Shown: positions 40,401 to 52,592 of the stretch, piece after piece
How positions within the stretch are numbered: position 1 is the stretch's first letter
How the letters are laid out: the number at the start of each line of letters is the position of its first letter
NCBI GenBank assembly: GCA_002633005.1
Contig: NMRA01000501.1
Coordinates: forward strand, 226,911 to 290,910
Direction: 5' to 3'
DNA: 64,000 nucleotides
DNA from: Phoronis australis
Lineage: Eukaryota > Animalia > Phoronida
Notes under the pieces: generated by a model
What the model saw: the letters and a program-made list of their open reading frames with translations, nothing else
Databases searched by the model: none
Told to the model about the DNA's origin: nothing
Made by a program: the position numbers and the translations under genes

Positions 40401-41744
40401 CATCAACACTACTATCACCATCATAATTACCACCACAGTCACCACCATCAACACCATCGCAATAATCATCATCACCGCCATCTTCATCAAGGTCATTCCC
40501 ACCACCATTATCATCGAACGTGGTTATGTTTGTTTAACGCTTCGACAACTTGCCGGCACAAATTATGGTAAAATGGTGCAAGTTGGGTACTCAGCATTCA
40601 AATAAAAAAGATTTTTCGTGTTTTACTCTATCTTTCGAATGATATGCAAAACACTACGGGAAGGTACACGGCTCAGATAAATGCAGTACAGTAGTTATAA
40701 CACATTTCATCCAATAAGGAGGAGTAAAACGCTAGGTGGTTATGTGTGACTTGACGTGTGTTTTTCGTTTTTGTAACCGGTAGAACGATCATCTCATTGA
40801 GTGTCAAATCAATTCAAATATGTCAGTACTTAGTAACTAGAGCCTTTGCAAGTTGTTTCTCTTAACAATTTAGCATTATTTACCGGTCTCGAGCAAAATT
40901 TTGTGAGACGTAAATAACGACATTTCATATGTTAAAAATTTGGTTTAGTGAAATAATAAATTAGTACAGCTAAGTGAAACACTTCCTAACAAGAACAGTT
41001 TTGTCATTGAATGCATGCTGTGATGATAGATAGGACTTATTCATTATTTTCAAGCTATGTTCTGTGTGGCATTAATGACGCTACTGGCCAACGGGTCAGC
41101 GTGTATTTCGAACGCTGCTGGTTTCTCACTCGCAAGTCTACATATTGTATTGGACCGAGTTGGAAAACACACTCACAGCATTTGTTAATTCGACAGGAGT
41201 TACTAACACGTTGGGCTAGCTAATGGGTGATTGTTGAGTCCATCTCGAACGCCAGGTTTCACTGGGTAGACCAGTGAAGACGTGTTTCACTCGACAAACA
41301 CTGGTAGATGTGCGAAGTCGTATAGGTGGGAACACAACAACAATTTTTGTAAAAAAATCCTCGTAATCCTGAAACGGCGTACTGACGTCATTTTTCTTTA
41401 TTTGGCAGGACCCACTTCCTCACTAGACACACCTATTACTGGTGATTTTTATCTTTCAAGGAGTAGATCTACAATCTGGGCAACTCAGGACCGGACGAAC
41501 TCAGTCTAGGGTTCAAAATCACAGCACAAGTGTTCCCCATCCTTTTAAGAGACAGCAAATTCAATCTTACCAGACTTCCCTGCTGCTCTTGAGTGTCTCT
41601 GGTACTCCGTTTTCTTGGGTTTGAGCAATCGTAACAATCCGGGAATTCATCCGGACACGCACGTGCCAAAGTATTCACAGCGTATAACAACACAGCACAT
41701 CGGAAAGTGAACGTTAGCGTAACTCGAGGCCCATTTGAGCCCAT
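28442..41744 (-). CDS. CCN: CCN family matricellular protein (signal peptide-IGFBP-VWC-TSP1-cystine knot), 369 aa
   Basis: Exons: 41744-41571 (signal peptide plus extension), 36587-36464 ([11 protein letters not shown]), 35131-35015 or 33174-33058 (CDEANGLxCD...GVCK), 32349-32208 ([18 protein letters not shown]), 31537-31440 (CCKEWVC), 30527-30340 ([23 protein letters not shown]...RLCMLRPC), 28708-28442 ([12 protein letters not shown]...CKC). Phases consistent, 1110 nt. A specific vertebrate paralogue cannot be assigned. Confidence 0.95.
32412..35368. repeat. ~1-kb tandem duplication (32412-33420 and 34373-35368) containing a CCN exon
   Basis: Highly similar copies with scattered substitutions and indels. 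The second copy begins immediately after the n at 34372. Confidence 0.85.
33421..34255. mobile_element. Partial copy of the 5171-6844 Kolobok-type element
   Basis: Starts aggagaatgccacccgatttaattagt, as at 5171. 33980-34255 closely matches 5880-6150. The minus strand retains the acidic segment [17 protein letters not shown]. Confidence 0.75.
36367..36382. promoter_or_regulatory. CTCF-consensus-like site in CCN intron
   Basis: CAGCGCCACCTGGCGG (reverse complement CCGCCAGGTGGCGCTG) matches the core CTCF consensus. Motif match only. Confidence 0.4.
37200..37257. repeat. Short tandem repeat, 15-bp unit ccaaccaaacgcg(a/c)g, ~4 copies
   Basis: Seen directly. Reads as LVGAR repeats in a spurious ORF. 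Confidence 0.8.
37964..38317. mobile_element. TTAA-flanked Kolobok-like MITE with internal tRNA-like segment
   Basis: TTAA at 37960-37963 and 38318-38321, TIR agggacattat / ataatgcccct. Perfect B-box GGTTCGACTCC at 38257-38267. Confidence 0.75.
40180..40516. repeat. Degenerate (CAC/CAT)n trinucleotide microsatellite
   Basis: Seen directly. Explains the low-complexity ORFs 40038-40514, 40157-40426 and 40396-40605. Confidence 0.9.
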
Positions 41745-44700
41745 TATGCTATCACCAGGTGGCGTTATCAAACACTGTTGTCAGCTTCTTCCTGGAAATA
41801 CAAATTAACTGTAAATTCGGCTATCCCTTATGTCGCATAAATAGAAAGTTAATTCATCGCATAGCATTTTCTTACCAAATATTTATATGATTAGTTACAA
41901 ACGCAGCAGAAATGAAATAAGCAGAAACTCACGATCCTTGCCAGATTGTCAACTACTGTGCAGCATAGACCTGACGTATCAGGCGTACACGTACGCCTCG
42001 CAGCTACAGGGTCCCATCAGATAAACCTTAATTAATGCGACACCCTGGCAAGAAAACAAAGCTTAAGCAACATTATCTGTGCCTTAGAGAAGGTGAGGTG
42101 ACACAGACCGAGATTAAAAGGCCTTGACTTCAAAGCACGGATGATGTTACAAAGTTGCTCTGTTGCTCTTGAAATACATAGCGCCAGGCTTTTTAGTTCA
42201 CGAAAATCATGACTTTGGAATAATCTAACTACTCTCGCATCAGATGTTGGCGCACATCACCCAGGATAGGACTTTGGCACATCAAATGGGTCTCGTTTTC
42301 AATCTGACCAGTTTAGTTCAGATGGTTATAGTATCGCGTTTTGAAGCAGCCCAAAACAAAATCGACGAACACGTGGGTTCCGTGATTTCTGTAAAAGAGC
42401 AGCCATGACAAGCATCTTTTCAAAGTACATGGATGGTTACACAGGAATCGCTCCCGAAGGCCAAAGTGACACGAGATCTTGTAACCCTATTTTGGATACG
42501 TTTCTTGGCCTTTTAGTGTAAGTGGTTGGGGACCCGCAATGTATAAAATCTAACTTCAGATTTAGACCACAAACAAATTCTTTCATTCTATGTCAGAACT
42601 AGGCAAAACTCCGTCGACGCGGGAATCTCGCAAGTGAAGCTAGTCTGATCGCGTGCTTCGCTTGTGCCATGGCGATATCATTCGGAGACTTGCGTTAGCT
42701 AGCGTTTTCTCGAGGTTCTCGTGTCTACCGAACCCAGCGTGTCATTTTATCCATTGAGATTAGCCACAAACTAACCAACTTAATAATGTCCCACAGTCTA
42801 GAAATCATTCCTGAACAACATCTTTGCGAAGCCAGATATCACTTCTTATCTGATTTAAGGAACAACGTGACACCAGTTTTATAGCGGTGAATGGTCTGAA
42901 TCAACGGTGTGTTTCTTGTTCACAACGCAAGTTTAAATGTATTTTACCTCTTTCAGGTTTTTGTGGTTATCGTTATGAGAATATTGCAAAAAGTCTGAAA
43001 AGCGGGAAACTGAATGATAGGCTAAAGCTACCACTCCATCATACTGACGACATAAAAGTGCTTGAATACCTGCAGCGCCTGCACAACTGTACACCAACAG
43101 AGTCTTCCTGGTGTGTACTCTAGACTGTGACTTGACTCGGCTTAGGTGTTGCTTGGAATACGTCAGTCTAAAACTATCGCCTCTCAAAAGCAGCCAGTGA
43201 TGTTACTAATATTTTCCTAGCTGCCAAGAACCACATATATATTATGGATGAGTTTTCCTTAAATCACAAAATATTCATGCGACTGTCGTCGAGCCGTGAA
43301 GTGATGTATTCTTTGCATGCTATTAATCATTTATGTTCACATCTGGCAAAGTAGAAATGGCGCGAAGCGAGGTGGTGATGCAGATCTCTCCATATTCACT
43401 AGAGACTTAGGTTATTGTCGCCTGACTGAGCGCGGTGCTAAAAGCTGGACCCAGAGCTAAAGTAGCCAGCAACGAAATACACTAGGCGTCAGATGTGGCT
43501 AAGTGCAGCTAGATATCCCTAACTACATGTACAGTACACATATGTTCCGATTGATCTTTACGTACTCTGCGCGATTTTATTACGGCGTGAAAATTTCACA
43601 AAACCCAACGACACTGAGTAAAGGAAAGAAATTCTATAATAATGAACATCTTCCATCCGGGCACTTTCGTCTGAAATCGGCCTGATCTGTTTAAATCTAT
43701 TTCAACAGGCCAATTAAACCGGGTTAAAACATTGCGTAGTGTCGATCCTATAATGAGCGCCGGCCAATGAGCAACACTGCAATACATTAATTACATGTAT
43801 CTTTGCTATCACAAAAACTAAACTAACTTTTGATTCAGACCACTTATCGTTATAAAATTGGTCGAGAGTTTTACTTATTTAGAGACTTTTCCAAAGCTTG
43901 GAAAGAATTGAAAGGTCGTTATTACTTGGGACTAGGCTATACATGTCGCCTTGTCAGGGCTAGCTAGTATGATTATCAGGAATAACCAACTATCAGTTCT
44001 TTACAAACCAAGAATGACTTCATCTCATTTGAGATGAGGCTATAGCAGTAAACGGTTTGTATCAAAACTCGCTTCTTGGACGGAACTTGAGTTCACATAA
44101 TATCCTCTTTAAGGGACAGTATCTGCGAGAAAGGAGCTTTTGGGGAGATGAGCGCGTAGTCGAACTTGCAACCTCCGCGGTCACTGGCTAACCAACTGCT
44201 GATGCAGCTACGCCACGGTCGATAAATGGCAGAGTATTTGTAGAACTGCTGAAGTGGCAAAATCACCGGTCTTCATTTTCTTTTCTGCGAATGCAACAGC
44301 CAAAATTGATGTAAAATGACAAAAATACAACAGATTTTATTGTTTCATGTAGCTACCGTCAAAACTACGAACTTTCAGAAGGTTATTCCGTCCAACAATA
44401 ATACCAGAATGATTTTTGCCCTTTCAATGTTTCTTTTGTCTAGTCACTATATATTTGTTATCATTGATAAACGAGAACAAAAGCTAAAACAAAAAAACAT
44501 CCGTTCATACACGCGTGCACACCTCAGGAAAGACCATTCTCGTATAAAGTCATACAACTGGAGTTAACGTGAACAATAAAATTTTCCCATTTCCCAGAAA
44601 ACCAGTCGTACACAAAAGTTTTATACGCAATAAAATTTGAGCATTCTAGTAATCTTGATTAGATGTGATATCTCTACTTTCAAATGTGCCGTTTGGCTAG

Positions 44701-44829
44701 TAATGGCAAAATGTGAAATTGAAAATCCTTTGTCTCATAAAGTCCATGTCACACGTTTGTAAGAACAACAGTTGGGAGCTGAATGGGAGACTTTTGAAGT
44801 AGTTTTCTGATCAGCAAAGGTTTGACAGC

Positions 44830-46330
44830 GTCTATGGAGCTTTATTACAAAAGGAACACAAATTAGAATCCCGAACTTGGATTTTGACTTCAGAGTATTT
44901 GTCATAATCCTCCTGTGTAATATTCTAAATTAGAACCATCTAATGTGGGGATCCTTGGTAATTTCATAAGGTAATGCGACCTTCCAATCTAAATCTCCTA
45001 ACTCTATTTCCCATTAACATTCTGTTATAAAAGGCTTCATAACGTCGTTAGTGATAGAACAAACTGAGTAATTGCTACAGCCATGCAAGGAGAATAGATA
45101 CTAAAACTTTTAGATTTAATTTGAAATAACCTTTTTGAAACCTTCTTAGAATAGAAACAGCACCGGTACATTCTAAAATTTTCACATCGAACCGTTTAAT
45201 GAATCGCCATCGGAGCTACACATATCTCCAATAAATCTTAAGCCTTTTACAAACCAAGACTTATAAAAACAAATTTGCCTCCGTTCCCCAAGTTACTATT
45301 AAACCATAAAGGTTGATTCAAAAGTTTTCTTTATTCATAACGATTAATGTCTCATAAAAAGTTGCTACACTTTCAAAGTCGTAGCGCCAATAGGAATTAT
45401 CAATAAGAGTAAATTTCGATTTAATAAAGTCTTTTCCAAATGAAGGGAAATTCTTTAAAAACGGTTAGAGTGAGTATAGTAACTGACCATTTTTAGACGA
45501 CAGGCATTCAAGATGTCTACGGGCCATGACCAGTTTTAAAACTTTACTGAACGAGTGTGTTTCAACCATTTGAAGTTACCCTTGATCAAGTCCTAAACAA
45601 GCAGTAGTTCGTTTAATTTATCATTACGCGTCTGCCATACAACTCTTAAAAATATCGTTTTCAATTCTTCCAAGACGTTAAATGGTAGATTTGGTGAACT
45701 TGACATCAAAAATTATGTTTCGAAAGGTTTTTATAACAGTTACTCTAACAAACGGCGTTAAATTTCGTCGACTCCACTTCTTATGCGTCATACAATCCAA
45801 TTCAGTATCAAAATCCATCCCAAAAGTATAAAATATTTTTAATCCAAGGCATACTTTCTTTTGTAGGAATCCTGTCATTACTACCAGCTTTACCTCCAAA
45901 TTATGTTGCTTTTGTTTTATTAACATTCACTTTGAGACCGGAGACACCAGCAAACAATTTTACAGTACATTCAGTGACAAATTCGACCCATCCAAAGTAA
46001 TTGATGTATTGTCCGTACTTTGCAAATTTATATTTTCCTTATTTCCTGCAATATTTTTATAATTCTTGATTAAATACGCCAAAAATGTATATGTCACACT
46101 GAGTAAGGGTATGGGTCTCCAATTTTTCAAATAACATTTACTTTCATAAGTTCCCTTTGGGATACAAGTATTCACGCCCTCTTTCTGTGTTTATGATAAC
46201 TGACCAACAGAAAACCAGTATTAAGTGGACGAAAAACGAAATGCTCAATGTCAGCAAAACAAAAATTAGAAATTCCATTCAAAAGCCATAGGAACTTGGG
46301 CTTTTGTTGTTTTTCATTTTTTTGAATTCT
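44830..46330 (-). mobile_element. Decayed L1/Tx1-like non-LTR retrotransposon ORF2 fragment
   Basis: Ordered, broken RT motifs on the minus strand: MKNNKSPSSYGF*MEF, KNWRPIPLLSVTY, LQSTDNTSITLDGS (QYADD-like), LTPFVRVTVIKT, then RWF*FRILHRRIMTN...NLCSFC (zf-RVT-like). Many stops and frameshifts. Confidence 0.8.
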
Positions 46331-46447
46331 CCGTGAAAAAAATTCTTATTGTCGTTTGTTTCCGAAGAAATGCGATTATTAATATTAGGCAAAATACGAT
46401 GTCATTGTCTCTGTTCAGGGTAGTAAGGTAAGAGCGTTTACTGTAAT

Positions 46448-47352
46448 GCCGGACTCACAATTGGGTGTGACCTGCTAGCGCCAAGAAGAGTTTCCAAGAA
46501 CGCTTTAACAATAAAAACGGGTTACCTGGTCCTGGAAACTCCTTTCGTCAGGAGTTAAAACTGTACGGGGTAGATTTTTGACTTTACCAAAAAACTACTC
46601 ATGTTAAAACAACAACGGAAATCACATAGGGATACATCTGTAAATTCGAGCTGGCACATTTGATAGATTTTTGTTCAAATAATCCGAGAAAAGGGGCGTT
46701 AAGTACATGAACCGTTTACCACCGTGTGACAAATACCATGCAAACTCATGAAATATGAAGTCGCTTTCGTAAAATGTAAAAATGGCACATTTCTCGAATG
46801 TGCATTCGACGTAAATTGTTACAATTACATAAAATGTAACAACTTGTTACATTTTAGGAGAGGCCTTGCAACGTAAAATGTAACAATAGCGTAAAGTGTN
46901 GCCGGACTCACAATTGGGTGTGACCTGTGAGCGCCAAGAAGAGATTCCAAGAACGCTTTAGCAATAAAAACGGGTTACCTGGTCCTGGAAACTCCTTTCG
47001 TCAGGAGTTAAAACAGTACGGGGTAGATTTTTGACTTTACCAAAAAACTACTCATGTTAAAACAACAACGGAAATCACATAGGGATACATCTGTAAATTC
47101 GAGCTGGCACATTTGATAGATTTTTGTTCAAATAATCCGAGAAAAGGGGCGTTAAGTACATGAACCGTTTACCACCGTGTGACAAATACCATGCAAACTC
47201 ATGAAATATGAAGTCGCTTTAGTAAAATGTAAAAATGGCACATTTCTCGAATGTGCATTCGACGTAAATTGTTACAATTACATAAAATGTAACAACTTGT
47301 TACATTTTAGGAGAGGCCTTGCAACGTAAAATGTAACAATAGCGTAAAGTGT
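46448..47352. repeat. 452-bp near-perfect tandem duplication separated by a single n
   Basis: 46448-46899 is nearly identical to 46901-47352, with the n at 46900. Includes tgtaac/gttaca short inverted motifs. Confidence 0.9.
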
Positions 47353-50300
47353 AACAGTTGTTACATTTTACGAAATTGTTACATTTTACGACGTATCACT
47401 GGTTTTCTATGTCTCACGGTGATAATTAATCTTGCAATAACCGTTGACAAAATCATTTTTAGTGGAACCGCTGAATAAGAATATGGTTGCCTATTCTTTT
47501 CAGAAGAGTCTCATGCAGTGTACACTGTCGATCACCTGGGAAGGGTTTCTCAAACGTCCCAATCCTTCCTACGCCCAGATACATATACATGTATAATACT
47601 CCCTGGTATTTTATGGGCATAACTTCAATTATTGTACCTTATACTTTCGTTATAAATACTCTTTTCACTTAGTGACTCAATACTCACGGCGGTTACATGT
47701 ACGCCTAGACTTGGAGCTAGAGGTTGTCCACTGAGTTTTCTTCTTTCCACGTTGGACTGAAATCTTCAGTTTCTCTACATGTATATTCGTTTACATTTAA
47801 CGTGACTGCCAAGGCGCGTTCCGTCCGAAGCAACTATAACGATTTTCGTCACAGATGAGTTAATCCGCAATACGCCGAATCCTTGAGTCGCTCGTTTTAA
47901 GTATTCTTTAGAAATTTACATGTAGTCAATCAGCCCTGAGTATGCTACATTAACCGTCATTCTTGGTAACAACGATGATTCGTCGTATTAGATCTACGGT
48001 ACACTAATGAACGTTCCTCAACTCACGCGAATTTTTGTGTTAGAGATTCATTGTGACGTTTGAGAGTTCAAGCGTTTTGCTGCGTGCACTGTACACACAG
48101 ACGTTTCGTACTAGGCCTGTGGTGATTGGTCGTCGATAATTAAGACAAAGCAAGTCGGCAGTCTATAAAACTGAAGTGTCATGAAAACTCATCAATTATC
48201 AACCAGGCAAAGTCTAGTGACTATAAAAATGATGAAAATGTCCCCGAGAGAGCTTCCAGAACCGTGACATATTAAGACGAGTGATAGCATCAAGCGCTTA
48301 GTAAGATTAGCTGAATGCAAATCTACACATGATGATGTAAATGAAGTTAATGCATCTAATTGTGACTGTTTGCCTTAGCGTTGTAACTGTGAGATTCCGC
48401 GCTCTGCTGACTACGTGTATAGTTCCAGGCTCTTGCCGACAGAGCGCGGTGCTTCAGTCTCTGATGCTGACCGACATGGCGTGATTGTTCGCGAATAGAA
48501 GAGAAGCAAACGGATACTCTTGTTGCTAGCATTGACCGTTTCTTATCACCAATATTGTAAAGCTCGCGAAAAAATAGAAAATTAAACTCATGTGAGGACG
48601 AACTAGCAAAATTGAAATACCTGTCGCCGAGCAACTCCCCCGGGATAATAAAATATGACTGGCATAACCAAATTCTTTCTCCATCAAACAATGCAGAAAT
48701 GGAGAAATTAACGGAAAAACAGTCCTCTCATAGCAAAGTTTAATCGAGGGACATTAAAATGTGCTTATATCAAATACCCATAACCTATTGGCACTATAAA
48801 CGCTGATTTTTTTCGTAACAAATTTTTTCTTTTCGAGTAAATTTAAAGCTTACTTTGAAATCCCAAAAATACGTTAATTGGATTTTTAAAAAAAGCCAAA
48901 ATATTAGGATATGCCTTCATATATCTGGAATTTCGTGTATGAATGCCATTTTAGACATTATGAATTTTGGGAACACTGAGGCTCGGAAGAGGCAGTGTTC
49001 TACCTGCCAAAGTTGCATTTTGCGTCATTTTACATAACCACGCATCTTGACTTTACAGGTTCGTCATGTTGGGTGCAATGTTTAAAAACATGTAGCGGAA
49101 ACATTCGCAGACAGACCGTCCTGACATAGGCCCGTGGGCCTGTTTTCGGATTTTTTCAGAGTTCGACCCATGATTCTACGACAGTTGAGACTTCAGTATT
49201 TTGTACGTTTTTTTTTCCAAAATGAACAGTGTCAGACTGTCACCAAAAAGGGGCAGTTTATTTTAGAACGTTTTTCGTATGTCCACAAAATAAATTGATT
49301 TAAAGTTACATTTCGCCCAGTTAAGCTGGCTAAACACGAAAATTAGTTCTTTTACTCGTATAAAAACGGTATCGTAATATTCCTTACCGTAACAGGATTC
49401 TGTTTCCATTAACAACAAGAACATTTAGGAAACTCGAGAAAATGCTTGGATTGGCCAACACTAATACTGCGGGTTTGAAATCGGCGCTTGTAGGCATTGC
49501 TTGGGCCTTGAGTTGCTGCTCGGCGTTAACGCGAGAACTTTAGTGACCTCTTAATAGGGGCGTAATGCAGTTACTTTTACCATCAACTATCACTCCATTT
49601 CGTTGTCACTGACACAGTGTTTCCGAGTGTACATCCGGCTTATATTTAGGATAGTACCAGAAAGTTAAAACTATACAATGTCCCAGATATACACATACTA
49701 TCAGAAACCCTTGATAAGAAATAAAACTAAAGAAATGATGGTCAACTGATTCTTTTCTTGGTTATCGGTGTATTTTTTATCTGTTAAGTTTTATATACCA
49801 AGAGGGGTGCGTTCCGTAGACTCACGACACTAGCTAACCACTTGCATAGGGACCGGAAATCGTGAATTCCATCCTCACCGATCAATCATTTCAGTGGCGT
49901 CCATTTTGCTAGAGTACACTGTACGTTAGTTAGCTTTCCAGCACATTTTGCGTGATCTTTCTTGATTAATGTTTCGCAAGTTGCTCGCGTCTATGGTGCG
50001 CTTCCCAGATTAGCGTCATTTTTCAGCCACCGCACTTCTGTAACGTAAACCAATACGCGCCTACGTGGCGTGTATCATATGCAAGTTGCCTATGCAACGA
50101 AACATTTGAGCAAAACCGAGAACGTCTTTGAAATACCGTGAGAGTGACACTTGCTATGTTTGTTATGAAATGATTGACGTTAAAGATTTTTCGGTGAAAA
50201 GGTTGGCCAAAAGACAAACAGCAACTTCCGGGCAACTCCATATACATGTACAGTATACGGTTGCATGCGTGGATGCTGACTGAGGCGTATTAGCCTGTTG

Positions 50301-51289
50301 GAAATCTTTGAGGAAATCATATTTCGAAAAAGTTAATATTTCGGACTCTTTAATTGTAGGGTTATCTTCCAATTATGTGACGGACCTAGCTTCAAAAAAC
50401 AAAATACTCGTTGCAACTTTTAGTGAATCAAGTCTGACAACTGTTCAACTTCAAGGAATGCACGAAGTGGCTACACTTTCCTACATATCTATTACGCGTC
50501 AATTCAGAATGTGCAGCTGCTAGCAAAAAACATCAGCAGCTGTCCTCGGTATCCAGTCTAAAGGTCGTTGAAAAAGAATTTTTGGGGGGGTTTGACCCTA
50601 CACCCTCTGATGGTGTTACTTGTGTCGCCTCAGTCCACTGGTTGCAGCTATTCCAATACTTGCCGCTCGTCTCTTGACCACCAAACGAATACATGACAAT
50701 GTTTAAGAGCATTGATTTGTTGATATGCTTAGATGTAAGACAAGTTTCTTATTGAATATCAATGCATAATTAGATAAGATTAGAGAATTTCCATTAATTG
50801 CCTTTCATCAATTATTTATCCCCAAAATCCATGTTTGCGTCACGCAACGACGTTGAAATCCCCGAGCGGACAAATCTTAATAGCTCCCCTTCGCTTCACC
50901 AACTTATAGCCTACGTACGTGTAACTGCATGTAGCTTACACCGAGCAGGAAACGAAAGGAATTCTGGTCGTAAAATTAATTCGTGTATTGCAATATTGAA
51001 CAATTCTGAATTCTTGGTAAGTTGAACATGGCCTTGGGGATTTCGTCATACCGTCTCGATTGAGTGCCTGGGTAAGAGAGACTATGGACAAGCGAGGGTA
51101 AGAAAAATGGGCTTTTTCTCACTTTACAACAATGATCCGTTATCCCAGATACTTGTGCAGTACATTAGACGTTGGGGTGATTTTGTAGAAGCCTTTAATT
51201 AAGTTTAACTCTGATTATATTTCACTAGCGCGTCAGTGCTGGCGTAAGGGCGTGAACAACCCCAACTTGGACAGTAATTGACCACTTAC

Positions 51290-51527
51290 CAGGGGCGGAA
51301 CCAGGATTTTGAGTTGGGGGCAGGGCACAGGAATAACCAAAATTTCGCTACATGCGCGGGCCCAGCCTAAAAACGATAAAGGGGGTTTGTACAAGGCCTT
51401 GCATTGTGCAATCGCTCCCCAAGTCCCCATGGGTGCGCGCATATAACTGCCAAATGGTATTTGTGGTATCTGGGAGAACTTTAAGGGGGGTCATGGCCCC
51501 TTGCCCCTCCCCCCAAATCCGCTACTG
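51290..51527. mobile_element. Short GC-rich-ended MITE family (CAGGGGCGGATCCAGGATTTT-type)
   Basis: caggggcggaaccaggatttt...aaatccgctactg. Related copies at 53859-54000 and ~62217-62374, and fragments near 7300-7450, 26060-26186 and 27040-27141. Confidence 0.6.
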
Positions 51528-52355
51528 CTTACGCCCTAAACTCGAAACGCGTTTTTGGTCGTATCTATAGAGGAAGGGAGTGGAAACCAGGCCCCCTAGC
51601 AGGCCAACAAAGGATGACGATCTACCAGCATACTATTCGCGGAAAACGTTACAATAAAAATGGGGCCAATCTCCCTTCAAAAATCTCCTAATACATGTAT
51701 AAGACAAATGAGTGAAGTTCTAACCATGTCAAATCTGTCTCTAAACGTATCTAATGAGCTGCAGTCTATATGGCACTTACGTTACCGAGGTCTGATCACT
51801 TTCTGGCAGTCTACTGGAATCTTTATTCTTGTTACTATTCGGAATAATCGACGTCTCCCCGATAAAGATCATACTCGTTGAAACACTTGGTTTTCGATTC
51901 CCCATCAAATGGCAATTGTTACCTTCCAAATATTCTATACTTCAAAAACAATATAATAATCTTCTTACAGCATGTACTCAGTCACACAGCTAGATATTAT
52001 TTACTCTTACCGTCGTGCACTATTATAACAATTTACATCGTCTCCTGCCTTGCCCTCTCGCTTTCACCATAGAGTAATTAAACCGGCGTCGTCAGATTGT
52101 AATGAACTCGACTTCGACACGCAACCGGGTTTGAATTATTAATGAGCAGTGCAGGTAGGCCTTCGTCACGTGACATGGGTTTCACCAAGGCCCTAAAATG
52201 CCGAGATAATTAGTTGTTACGATGTAGGGAAACCGAACTAACCGGCAACTGACTGGAGGCTTTGCGATGAAACCTATATGTACTTCACATTAGCCAAGAT
52301 TAATAAATTAATAGGCGTAAATTAGATGCTGGAATGCCGGGGAGTTACCGACGGA

Positions 52356-52592
52356 TAAGAAGGGTAAAATAGTAAAGTTAAAACGACCAGCGTCGGTACT
52401 AAAATATATTGAAATATTCCCCACATTTTGACTATCGGTACACTGTTTATCAAGGGCATGACACAGGCTGCAGAATACTTTTGTCTAGCGTTCGGCAGTC
52501 AGTGTCATGCCCTTGCTCGAAACATGGCGGGAATATTTTAATATATGTTTCTACCGGCACTCGTCGTTTTACTTACACTTAATTTAATCTTA
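52356..52592. mobile_element. Foldback/palindromic MITE
   Basis: Nested inverted pairs aagggcatgacac / gtgtcatgccctt, aatattcc / ggaatatt and aaaacgac / gtcgtttt. Confidence 0.65.

Noticed and set aside
40038-40605. Long Val/Met-rich and Pro/Ser-rich ORFs
   Set aside because: Translations of a CAC/CAT microsatellite. The adjacent MASCYGEW... segment stops early and resembles no protein I recognise.
50000-50560. Protein-like fragments on the minus strand
   Set aside because: Multiple stops and no motif I could assign; possibly a decayed insertion, but unsupported.
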